Shown one piece after another: positions 51,700 through 64,000 of a stretch of DNA of 64,000 nucleotides; within the stretch, counting starts at the first letter, position 1, and every line of letters begins with the position of its first letter. A program made the position numbers and the translations under genes. The notes under the pieces are model-generated. The model was not told where the DNA came from and did no database searches. It saw only the letters and a list, made by a program, of their open reading frames with translations. The DNA is from Albugo candida. Lineage: Eukaryota. Where the stretch lies: NCBI GenBank assembly GCA_040437565.1, contig JBDOQK010000017.1:310001-374000 (forward strand). Reading direction: 5' to 3'.

Positions 51700-53534
51700 T
51701 TCAGAAATCCGTTGAACCATTCAGGTCTTACTTGATTGACATTGATCCGTTTTTGTTGCGTCAAGCATTCAACTTACTACGGCTAGTGATTTTTTGGAAA
51801 CTTTTCATTTAACTTCTTGGTAGATGTTGGTTAGCCTTGAACCTTTGAGTCAAATAGCCAATGATTGATACGTTCATGCTGGATGTGTCTATACTACTAG
51901 TATTAGACAATGTTATTCTTGACGAAGTCTAGTATATCGTACATAATGAAGTTAGATACAGAGCATATTTATACGAACACCTGTTACTGTTGATGACGTT
52001 CGTTGTTATCGCCAGTACTTACAAATATTGCATATCTCATCTCATACAGGGCACATGTATTAACGCAGCTACTCAAGTCTTGAGAATGGATTTCATCATA
52101 AACAAGTAGCGCACGTTCTTTTTTGTCGCCAATACGGATGCGATGGCGATACTATTTGAATGTTCTTTTTTTTAAACTTATCGCTTGAACTCCATGTAGC
52201 GGCGCAGCAATTTGTCTGGACCGTTTGTAATCATCAGTTGTTTCATCAATATTTGGCAATTCCGACAATTACAGCATTTCGACCACATGAATACGTTCTG
52301 TGTGCACGATTGTTATTTGGGTGTAGTGCTCCGATCAAAAGGAACGCATTAAAGCTCTATTCCAGACAAGGAAAACGCCATATAGTCAGCCCTTATGAGA
52401 ATGATGACTTTGGAGAGTCTGCTAGTCTTATCTTTGTCGTATACATGCCTTCAGAACAGGTCAAATCTAACTGAGAAAAGAAAGAGTTCGTGTCCACCAT
52501 GCGGTAGACATTTGCAGAAGTACGGATTACCCAGGACTAGGATATAAGTTACAATTGCACTACTACTTGCTGAAACCGTCCAGTGTTAATGATTGCCAAG
52601 TTCATGAGTAATTACCGAATGAGAATTGATTTTCGTTCTGGAACACTCTAATCAGTTTTTTTTGCTCGAAACGCAATCCACAAAAGTAGCGAATGTGCGC
52701 ACTCAAAGTGCTCTCCCTCATCGAAATGATATAATTATGGGAATTGCCAATTCCTCACTAATGATATTTCGAGAGATGATTCATCGTTTGAGCTAGATTC
52801 AACGCTTAACGAGAAAGAACTTTTTTTCTTCAGCATGAAGATCATCTCACCACATCTAAGACACATTATTCGTTTACCTAGCACTAGCTTCTCTTGTTTT
52901 TTCGCTTGGATGAAATAAGAAGTGTTTACTCTTATCGTTACCATAGAGCCTACCATGTGGAGCAATACTAGAAGATATCTGAAGGTATAGGGATAAAATG
53001 CATCAGGAACCTCAATCCGCTGACTCACATTGATCACAATTCGAATAATTGCATGATATCAAAGTACTCCTCACGCGATATATCCCGGTATTGAAGTCGT
53101 CGTATCAAGATGGTATCTTCAAATGCCTCAGCCAAAACCACGAGGACAGACTTTTTTCAAGCTACGGAGAGTATGTGGCGACGCATTCAGAAAGTAAGCA
53201 ATTCACTTGATTGACACAAAGGAATACCACATAGGAAAATAAACTCGAAAGGAGCGCTGCCTAATTCTGGAAATGAAAGATTTGTCATAGCATTTAGTTC
53301 GGTGCTCAAGAATTCAGTAGAAAATGGTGATTGCAATGCGGATTAACTATAGGCAAGCGTGAACTGTAATACTGATATAACGTCGTATATCTTTACTTTC
53401 CACCATGAATCCTGCTTCCAGACAAATTTGAGGTCTACTAATACCGCACGTAGAAATGTTTGACAGTATGGTTGCCGCTGTGGTTGAAGAATCACTATCA
53501 TAAGTGAAAGTCGCGATAACCAAAATAGGGTCAT
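51700..53534 (-). pseudogene. Possible decayed secreted CxxC-module gene
   Basis: Signal-like MTLFWLSRLSLMIVIL at 53534 and CATCL at ~52100; many stops. Confidence 0.3.
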
Positions 53535-55402
53535 AATGATTCTGCGCGTTATCCTCTTAAAGTCGCCAATAGCGTGACGAATACAATTCCAACACGCATT
53601 TACCTGTTTGAATCTACTTTAGTACACGTGAAGAAAAAAATTAAACCTCTTTGCAGACATCACGACTATCTTGCTCACGATATCTCATATATAACTATCA
53701 AATACTACTTGGCACCGAAGTAATTATTAGGGGTCTAAGAAGTTTGTTCCTTCCTCCTCCAATATTACTTTGGCTAGATCGAGTTTGAATTTGGATACCG
53801 AAATGAGTATTCCTTAAGAAAAGAGTTCACACAGAATGAGCATTAACTACACTACAACGTTTGACATACGGTCGCCATCGCGCCCATCATCACAATTCGC
53901 GATCACAGCTGTCAATTGGGCCATCGAATACTGAATACTGAACTATCGTAATTCTCTCTCAAAAAGATACTCTCCATACACTATAAGGGCGTTTCAAATT
54001 TTCGATCGCAGAAAATTAATTCCACAGTTATGAAGTATATCGCTTTTTCAAGAATCGATATATGCTCCAGATGTAGCCTTATCACCTCACTTTTTCATTT
54101 GAATTTGATCCGCTCCCCGATATTTCTCATTTATCGAGACTATTTCGAATAAGGAAGTTAAATAGACAGAAGTTACAACAAACCACACTTTCTCGGACCA
54201 TACTGTCTATACATAATTACAAGTAGAAGAAGCCAATCCAATCCAACGAAACAAGCCTCTATAAATGCTTACATTCTACCGTTCCGAGAGTACACATACA
54301 ATGTTTATCTGGCACTTTTGAGATGGACGGATCAGAGAGCAAAAGTCACTGGGTCCGTGATTCCGTATCGTGTTACCTTATAACGTCGCTCATGAATGGT
54401 ACAACACATCATTCCATGAAGGAGTAAAATTATGATGAGCACGAGGTTTTCGTTTCTTCGTAATTCTGCCCTTCAGGACATCAAAAATATGTAGGAAGAC
54501 TGATGCACCTTGATTATAGCTCTAGAAAATTAGATTTTAGGAACGGTACCATGCTATGAAACGAACGTGGGAATAAAATATCGACCGCACACTATACACT
54601 CTGTTTTTCATTCTCCGATCAGTAGTGCAAGTGAAAAGTTAGAAAAGAGATTGATGCTTAAAAGGTCCGAGTGTCTTCACTGCTAATGATTTTCTCCTGC
54701 GTGCCAGTTTGGGTTGATATTTTCTGGAACCATTGTTTTTGCTTCTACCCGTTATCCGTAATTGGACATAAATATCTTCCTTTCTTAGCAGTAAATTACG
54801 GGACACGGGTATGATCGGCAGCGACTGATGCAGAAAGTGACAGGAGCTGAATGCCGTATATACCAAGCAGCCAATATTTAAGATAAGGATGAGCGTCAGC
54901 TGATGGCAAGTGTTGTTTTTGGAAAACGAACTCAATCTTCAACAGCAATTAGTGCATAGTATTTTTCCAATCATGCTTCCACCAGAATAGAGGCTTCATC
55001 ATGCCTATAAATGCTTGGCGAAAAAAACCAAAAAAGCACTTCTCTAGGCAAATGCTGTCAGCGATCATTGGATGCTTTATCGGTTACATCTGCCAGTATT
55101 TTCAAAGTTTTATCAAGGTACGCTGATGTAGACTATAGAATCACTCTTACTACAATAGAATCTGATCGATTGGAATGAACCAATACCGTGACAGGCAAGG
55201 GTTTTTAGACTATTATCTATATCGCAATTTTGTTTCCAACGCGTTGTCGAAACTGATGATCGGAGAGAGGCTATATACTGTGCGATAGATTAGAGCATTC
55301 TCATGTTATAGCTCTCTTTCTCAAACATTGAATTCAGATATGCATAACACTTGTTAAATTGACCAGTCACAATCGATCTGTCTATCATCCCCTTAAATTA
55401 CC

Positions 55403-57470
55403 ATGCGAAAATCAACATATTACGCATGTTTTCTTCTTACTTTGATGTCAACAAATAGTGCCGATCGAAATCAGTATAAGTCTGAAATATCTGGGATTCT
55501 TCATTTGGCCTCTATCAAGCATAATAGTGTCGCATCGTGCCATGAATGCATCGTGAGGGCAGTGGGCATCACACAGATTCGATTACTAAAGAGTGATTCA
55601 AAAAATAGAATATACTGGATCGAAGGGACTACTGACATCGACAGAGCGTTCGTATTCAATTGTAACCACGGGGACATTTGTACTATTTCAAAAGAATCAC
55701 TTAAATCATATATTCCAGACTATTACTTTATCACTGATCGTCTAAAAAGCACCACCGTAATGCATCGAAAGACAAAGAATTATGTCGAGACAAGTATTTT
55801 TTAGTGGTCGCAACTTGTGATTTCTAAAAAGTATGAGATTCAAACAACCGAACTTGAAATATACCCAGAAGAATCACATCAAGAGCATAACGCCTATCTT
55901 TGGAAACAATCAAGGATACTAGAAGCATTATTCTTCGATGAAATAGGGAAGGAGCCAATGGTAAGGTCGATGGGTGGCAACAGTGGCGTAGCTCCAAGCA
56001 AACAGTCCAAACCTCTTAGTGATCCATCTTTTCGATGTATCTTCGCCTTCAACAGATACAAAGAAGCTGTATGTCGTGAGTGCTTGGCGTTACATAGCAA
56101 GTCTCCTGTCATTGGGACGTTTCATATCTTTCTGACTGGAAGAAAACCTCCCGTCGAGCTTTACGTTTTTTCTAGTACGTACGGATCCGAACATATTATA
56201 CAGAAGTGTCGAAGCACGTTTTGTCCCGCTATCCTTCCGTTATATTCAGTGATTGTCAAAAACTTAATACTGTCTTTCCGTCTGATCGACTTTTTCTGAA
56301 CAGTCAAGTTGCTTATGATTACTCAAGTGGCCAAATCCGAAACGACAACCGTATTCGTATTACTAAAAATGGACTTCCACTGGATTCGATCAGCCGCATA
56401 TTGGGTCAAGTTGCTGCAAGACGAATGTCGAAATTCCATGAAGAAAAACCTTTACTGAAAAAGATAAACAAATATTGGCGGATGGACTCAGAATCATGAC
56501 CAGGAAAGGGCCGGAATGCGTGATGGTCATATATAGGTATAACAATTTGCGTTCGTGCATCGTTTGCGTGATGGGAAACAGAAAGATGACAAAATAGTGA
56601 TTATCAATCTATCGCTTACTCATGCGACCATTGTCACAGATACAGTAACACTTCCCGATTGTAGCATGAGATGCCGAAGTATAGAAGTGCTCGAAGCAAA
56701 AGAGTGCTCGGGATGTCTTCTAGAGCATGCCATGGATATAGAATCGCACCATCGCTTGCTAGAATCACCATATACCGATACTTTGAAAAGTTCTTGTATG
56801 CTTTTATACCATAAATTTACAACGTCAAAGAAGAACCGCATCCAACCACATCGTTTTCGTCTTTATTTGATGCTTCAGGCGCCAGCCTTGAAATACCACA
56901 AAAGGTTTTTGAAGGTGAAAAAGCCTGTCACGGGATACAATCTTGTCGAAGATTACAACAGGTGCCCAAACGGTTCTGTGCTGAGCACCGCGCTTATCTT
57001 AGCACGACTTCCATTGCTCAAGAAACTCGACAGAATAAGCTATCAACGATTCACGAACTCACGATCGATAAAATTTCAGTTGGTGTATGGCCTCCCAACA
57101 GTAAAAATATTTCGGGAAATGATGGAAAGGGAACTTCTTTATCAATGCGGCTCCTTTCGCCTCTGAAACGGGGACAAAGATGTGGTCTTTTTATAGCAAT
57201 ATTGCTTTTGTTGAATTTACAAGCGCCCAGTCCGAAAAATTGCAATGCGTAAGCTGTCTTATCCAGCATTCGGAAGTATTTTTCGTTTACACTGCTGGTA
57301 ATGGGTTTTCTGGATATGTTTGGATGCGTCAAGCACCCTCTCATATATTTGAGCACTGCCTAAGATGTTATTGTGAAAAACTTACCCATGATGAACAAAA
57401 CAGCTTATTGGACCGTCCTATCGGTCTGCGCCAATGGAACATAGAGGACTTATATGCAAAAGATGACTGA
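55403..57470 (+). pseudogene. Albugo-type CHxC/CCG effector gene disrupted by a stop and frameshifts
   Basis: Signal-like MRKSTYYACFLLTLMSTNSA and CHECIVRAVG (CxxCxxxxxG) at aa 46-55. In-frame TAG at 55802-55804, later frame changes, and further CRECL, CSGCL and CVSCL modules. Confidence 0.8.
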
Positions 57471-58379
57471 CTCGAGATGTAAGTAATAAAGATTTTGAAA
57501 AAAAAACTCCTCTGTAGCACTAAATCGTGTCAAAAAATGGATATTGTTCGAGCTTGAATCTTAAGTCTAGTCGGGGACGTACCCAGCATATTGATTGCCT
57601 TTTCCGTTGTTGTAGAGTCTGGGTAGGCCAATCAAACAAACAATGAAAACCTCCTCATATTCTCCGTCACATTTTGCAAACATCGGCGCTTGCAATTTGG
57701 TGATTAGGTAGCCTCGCTTCGGCTGGGGTCGCAATAAACGGCGGAAAGAGAGCGCGAAAATTGAACTACTCGCTCATTGGAATCTAAGCAAAGGAAGAGT
57801 GAATATGGTTTTTGATGACTTTTATATCTAGAATAATGTTTATTATAGCAATTAGTCCGATAATTGGCAATCAAATACTCCTTTTTATCAACGTGAAGTA
57901 CCTACACCCTCAACATATAAAAAAAGAGATTTATGATGGTCATTTGGCACTCGTGGCGTAGAACACAACGTTTGAGATTGGTAGAATATCTTTTTATCGC
58001 TTTCTTATTATAAAACTATTCTGCATTGAAGAAAGATCCTTGTGCGCCTTCAATGCAAGCTCTACACCTCTCAAGAGGCGCCGGGATACATTATTACAAT
58101 GTAAAAGAACAGAGAATATGTACATCAAATCGCCAACTTGTAAATGAGTGTGAACAATTCTGAAGGCACGTGTGAGAAAGCACGTAAGACGAGGCTAATG
58201 ACTTTAAGGACTCAGCCGACTCAGAACCACAGCCTGATACAAAATGTATGCAAACACGAAAATTGTGAAATAACTTTTCATTTTGGAGGTACACTCATCT
58301 ATGGATTCAGTTCTGAAAATAAATAGAAAAGGGTATTGATGTCCTCACAACTTTCTTTTGATATAACATCGAAAAACTA

Positions 58380-61300
58380 GATAATTGCTGCCGACACACC
58401 CACTTTTTGCTGCGGACACCCCCCTAAAATAGAAATTACAAACATACCCCTACTTTCGTACCGCCATTTCCGCTGCCCTCAGTCCGATTCTAGCCAGTGG
58501 AAGTAATAGGATAAGAAAAGCTGAACTTATTGTAAGCAAATTAAAAGTAGCCTGGAAGGCAGGCATTTTAGAAAAAAAATCCCAGCCATAATTGCCTTCT
58601 ATTGATTCGCCCATCTTTCGTGATTGTAACGAAGCTTTCTGTAAAACCTGTAGTTACGTGGCATGTTGGCTCAAAACACATGATCTGGTGGTGCACCCCC
58701 ACCAATTGCCCTGCCTTGCGCAGCTTCACAAACGTAGTAGGATGTAAAAATGCTACAGGAGTTACCAATTACTTTTTTGTGCAGTTGCTTCAGGTGTGCA
58801 GGTACGGAAAACGACACCATTGTCTGATCATTTAGACACATGTTATCGTCAAGCAATGGTTGGATAGCTTCGCGTAGGTCTCCATTCACCTCAACAACAT
58901 CGTCTCTTTTAGTATGAAAGAAACCAGCAGGAAATAAATAAAAAAATATGGAATTATTATCTATGATTTAGTTATCGGCTTTGACAAATTAACTCCTTTA
59001 ATTGAAATGACTCACCTCTGAAGCCAAGCCCCTGGTCTTCTTCTCAACAATTTTTTCATTAGCTGAATTGCTTGTTGTATTCTTCAAAACAAAAGAGAAA
59101 GTAAGTAGATGAATCGAACAATACCATTCCAAACTGATGCCCTACATACCTGTCGCAATTTGCCAAACGTTCTTTTATTATGCTTCCGCTTGCCACAAGC
59201 TAGGCATTTCTTTTTCCTTTTTCCGGTTTATGGTATCCAAAGGCTGATGGATCACGCTTGTTTGATTTTTAAGACTGATTTTTTGCAGGTCGCCTACGCG
59301 TTTTGACGGAATGTGGTGAAAGAATGCCCTGCTCAGCCAAAATATCTCTAACCGTGGAGTACAAACAAGCTAGTTCAAGGAGAGCAGCACTATCGTGAAT
59401 CTCATGGAGCTCGGAGTGTGTGTCCTCCCAATATTGATATCTCTTTGCAAAGAATTCTTCGAACACCCTTTCACCCAGAGTTAAACGGAATGCAGGTCAT
59501 CTATGGTCAGTGAATCGTAGGCCTGTGGTCGCTTGCAGAGTATGCTTTCAATGCAAGCCAAACGTGACAGGTCCTGTACAAAGGCAAAGTCCGAGAAGTG
59601 ATTTCACAGCTTTTTGTAATGCTTTCAATGCCTACAACTGAGTGAAAATCTAGAAAAATGGATGAAGGGCACATATCACTTTATGACCTGTTGCAAAAAA
59701 GTACCATACCTTTTCGATGACGAGGCTGGACACCCCGCACACCCAAGAGGCTAAAGAAGGGTATCCTGGTATTTGTGGATTTTTATAAATGGTATGCTGA
59801 CTCACCAGCTCGGATTGTATCAAGCTGGTGTTAAATAGCAATATTTAGCTGGCCTACTACCTGTTGAAGGTCACCTGTCGACGTGTGGACATATTTTTAT
59901 GAGGAATGATTGTGCACCCTCAGATCGAGAGGGGGTGGTCTATACGAGATGAGAAAAAATATGAGTCCATGGCTCCACGAAGTTTTCTTTCCATGGTAGA
60001 CAAGGTTCGGGCAGATACATGATGCACTTTGCATGGGATTTCTCATACTGGGCTAAAGTGTCCCATAGATCCTTGTACTTGTTTGACTTTTCTACAATCA
60101 GCAATTGTGTTTCGATTGGGAATGGATTCATTCTAAGCATCCGCGGATGGAAACTTCCATTTGGAGTTTTCCAAGAAATTATTATTGATTTGCCAAACAC
60201 AAAGCAAGTAGGAACCCCAGGAATTCTTTTTTCCATGGCATTGATCGATGCCACTTCTCTGTTATTTACTAGGCAAGAAGGTAGTTTTCTTGATGGAAAC
60301 GTAATGTTTTTGAATTGATTAAGCGCCCACATGTTGTCACCAACCTTTTCTCCTGGAGCAAAGACCATGTAAGCGGAATAATAGGACTGGTTCAGTTGGG
60401 TCATTCCATCAACATGAAGAAGCGGCATATCATACCGGTTCGTTTTATATGGGCACTTAGTCACAAACACAGGATGGTATTTATCAAGCAGATATTTTGA
60501 TGCAACGTGACTGACATAGAGATAGCTTATATGACCTGCTTGGTCTAATTTAGAGCTTTGGTGCCATTTCTTTCAGAACGGAGCTCATCTATCAAGACAG
60601 TTAAAGACGTAAGGCCTGCAAGGTACTGCTTTCGAATAGAAGTTTTTTGGTTGCTAATGTCCTTTGTAATGACCGCAACTTGAGGGCCCTCAGCCGGCTT
60701 TGCCCCCNNNNNNNNNNNNNNNNNNNNNNNNNNNNNNNNNNNNNNNNNNNNNNNNNNNNNNNNNNNNNNNNNNNNNNNNNNNNNNNNNNNNNNNNNNNNN
60801 NNNNNNNCCCCCCCCACCCCACACACAGTTGCACTTTTCTTGGTGGTCAGAGGACAACTGACATTACAGCTATTTGTTGCAAATGCAGCGCTGAAAATGT
60901 TTTGGCACCTGAATCGCCACTGAAGTCAACAGCAATATCGTGGTTGTACTCCGAGCAAACGTCATCAAGCAGCCTCCTTGTTTTAGCCGACCAGCTCAGC
61001 GAAAGGGGCAACCATCTTGACGGCTGGAGGATATCCGCTGACGGGTATCTTCTGCTAATCTGCAATTTGTCTGTTAACACCATCCAGGTCGCATCCATAA
61101 TAAACAGCAGTGGCTTTTGAAAGGGCTATGGTTATATCGAAACCATTGGATAGTGCATGTCGTTTTACTGCCTCACCAATAGCGATTCAATAATTAAAGG
61201 ATCTGTTTTCACCAATCTGGAGGTGCAGTATTTTCAAGTAAAATATCGGAACAGGATGCGTGAAATGCAAGAGTGGTGGACAAGGTGGCGGAGTGGACAG

Positions 61301-61605
61301 AGTGTCCTAGGGAGTGGACTTAGGTATGGGCTGGGTAGTGAACTGGGGATTGGAAGTACTAGCAGCTGAGAACATGGCACCAGTTGTGGTGGACGGAGTG
61401 GTGGACGGAGTGTTGGGAGACTGGAGGTGTAACATGATAGAGAGACTCCCTAATTTAATTGATTGACGGTACGAAACTAGTGGGTATGTTTGTAATTTCT
61501 ATTGTAAGGCAATAGATAAACTCCTTAATTTCCTGAATTGACGGTACGAAGGTAGGGGGTATGTTTGTAGTTTCTAATTCCAGGGGTGTGTCCGTAGCAA
61601 TTCCC
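58380..61605 (-). mobile_element. MULE with TIRs and decayed transposase
   Basis: Inverted termini AATTGCT.CGGACAC.CCC...AAACATACCCCCTAC.TTCGTACCG. ORF 59940-60470 has YKTNRYDMPLLH...WAL...NREVASINA. Zn-knuckle-like remnants near 58770 and 59190. Confidence 0.85.
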
Positions 61606-61869
61606 GGAAATTATTGCTCCCGCAACTTTTTCTTTCTGAATAATCAATAAATAACTTTTTATTTCTAACAAGGGAATCGTCATTCAGCACTCACCTTTCT
61701 GTAATCAGCACTCAGCCTCCATAAATTAATTGCCATTGTGACTTCTGATTGTTTCAAACAAATATAAGAGACTATATAAACAGTCGATCCCCGTTGCTAT
61801 TTAATTACAGATACAGTTTTTTTTACAGATTATATGTAAAATTCATTCATTAATTACCCCAATCACGTT

Positions 61870-63891
61870 GATGTCCATCATGATAGAGTTGGAAACTCGA
61901 CGGTGGGATCGGTATTTCTTCACTGAGTATTCAGCAGCCTTTCCCGTCAAATCCTTCCGATATACATCCATTTATCGAAAACATTCCTGTGCATGGCGTC
62001 TAATGGTTTTGAGGGAGACGGATTCCGGAGACTTAGGAACTGTGCTAACCAGGCCTTTCCAGCTGCAGTCGCAGTTTTTGCGAACATAAACCTTGGCAGC
62101 ACCCCAGAAGCTCTCAATGAAGTTTGACTCACAGTGAAACTTTGGATAAAATATTATCATGTGTCCAGCAGCAACGATTAGTTCTTCCAACATGCATTTC
62201 TGCTCCATGAAGTCATGTTCGTGGTCAATCGTATTCCTTGCACAGCGCATTGTTGAGCCAAGGCACTTGTCATTGCAACGAAGGCGCATTCCATCTTTCC
62301 ACAGTACTCTCTCAGTTAGAACCACTTTCAATCCCTTTGGCAACCCTGAAAGAGATAGAAGGGTTAAAAACATTATTAAATGGATAGCATATCGACTCAA
62401 TCGCTCTTTTACCTCGAAGAGTAACATCAGGATGAGTTTCAGGGAAACTCATTGGATGAACTGTGCCATCTTACATTCTCCCATTGCGCATCTTCGGCTG
62501 TTTTCCACCTGATCCCAAATTCATTCGTTTCCCGAAAAGGGCATCAGTAGCAAATGCAGCATGACTTGCAGCATTGTCAAACACAAAGAGGGCTTTGGAT
62601 GTGGGGTACTGTGCCTCAAAGATTAGAATTGCACGATCTCTCACCTGTTTGAAAGGTCTTCACAAGTCCACCACCCATCATAATTCTTGCCAGTTTGCAT
62701 AATAACACACGCTTCCTTTGAGACGCTGGGATACTCAAGCTGCTTCAGATCACTCAGTGATAGGCGACCCCCAACATCAAACAAGATTTCGCTGGCATGG
62801 ATTGATCTGCCAGCTCCTTTTTTCGAAGTGGTTGCTGACCAGCATGTAGCCATAGATTCTTCTGACCATCGTGTGTCGCGAAGGTGCTTTCATCGGGTGC
62901 TACAAAAATGATCGGCTCTCCCACTGGCCAGGTTTCAATCTCCATCTCCTTCCCTGAGAAAATTGGCATCAAGATCCGCCATGCACTTCAAGAAGATAGT
63001 ACGGTATTCAAGAACGTCGGGGCGTTCATGCCCATCACGAACATTCCTTTGCGAACTTCGGAATACTGTAGTCCCAGTCTCTGCTTCCATCGGATTGCGG
63101 GTTTCCCATAAATCAATCTGGTGCTCCCTGCATTGGGAAGAATTTGAGGATTGACATGCTCGGCGATTTCAGCGGGGTCGTTTTGAACTTGCTCTGACGG
63201 AGATACAATCGAACCCTAGCAAGAACATACTCATCCATCAAAAACATGCGTGACTTGAAATGTTGGCCTTGCTTGCTGTTTGGAAGATCACCAGTGGCGA
63301 GATAAATGGCTCCCCAAGTGCGAAGCAATCGACAAAACTATGATCCTTTACCGACTGCCTGGGAAACGACTCCCGAGGCTTGAAGCGCTCAAACAAATGA
63401 AGCATCATTAAACTAATTGAATGTCAATACAAAAAATTAACAACCTCAAATTACGGGATAGCCCTTTGAAAAGAAACGAAGTAAGTTGCGATAGCAGCCT
63501 GTCGTGCACGTTGAGCTTTGTTGGTTGTCTGTTTGGCCTTCCGGTCAAGTTCCAGCATTCCAGCGGCCAGGTGTCCCTCGGTCTTGTCATCAATTTTGTT
63601 ATCATCCTTATCCTCGTCATCAGTTTGTTTTCTTTCTCTCTCATTGTCTGAACCAGCTTGTGCATCCTGAGAGATAAACTGAAAGTATGTCTCGAGTCGG
63701 CGAGAACCAAGCGCAGCATTGCGGTTTCCTGCACGTTTTCGTCGTTGAGTGTGGCTTGAGTTCCCAATGTACCGACCCGGACGGTTCGAAATAAAGTGTA
63801 ATTTCAGTGCGGCAGAGCCTGCTTCATTATCAGTAAAACCTCCAGCGTCTTCGACCTCAAGCTCTGAATCTTCGCCCACTTCCACCTCCAT
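61870..63891 (-). mobile_element. Decayed IS630/Tc1-mariner-like DDE transposase gene
   Basis: PDESTFATHDG, GKNYDGWW, FVFDNA, PKGLKVVLTER and FYPKFHCESNFIESFWGAAK motifs spread over broken frames. The possible terminus at 58331 is separated from it by the MULE. Confidence 0.8.
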
Positions 63892-64000
63892 ATCAGCAGG
63901 CCAAAAATTGGCTTATTGAAATTGGGAGGCTGGCCAAGTTTTCTATCAGAATTGCTAGGGTCGCATATCGTTCTGCCAGCCTCAGTTCGAGCTTTTCGGA

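Noticed and set aside
55802-55804. Programmed stop readthrough in the CCG gene
   Set aside because: Downstream frameshifts make ordinary pseudogenisation the simpler explanation.

Overview
Eukaryotic DNA, very probably an oomycete and most consistent with Albugo (white rust). This is inferred from 45-85 nt spliceosomal introns, very short intergenic gaps and a CHxC/CCG-type effector. The layout is bipartite. A compact gene island (about 15.7-37.4 kb) holds DBR1, an ATP synthase 6-kDa/i-j-like subunit, an R3H protein, eIF2-beta, a 10-Cys secreted peptide, a nucleus-encoded Cox1 C-terminal fragment (Cox1-c), a 32-aa basic microprotein, a head-to-head pair of a ligand-deficient Cu/Zn-SOD-like gene and an REDL-ending glutathione peroxidase, a USP deubiquitinase, an RNASEK/V-ATPase-f-like gene and a ~3050-aa Piezo with an FN3 plus PH-like insertion. 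The gene-poor flanks contain nested decayed DNA transposons (MULE, hAT, IS630/Tc1-like), a probable non-LTR insertion with an 18-bp target duplication, a captured 28S rRNA fragment and decayed paralogous secreted/CCG-like effector genes. Several 100-N gaps are flanked by near-exact duplications that look like assembly artefacts. All gene models and homologies were derived by hand; no searches were run.
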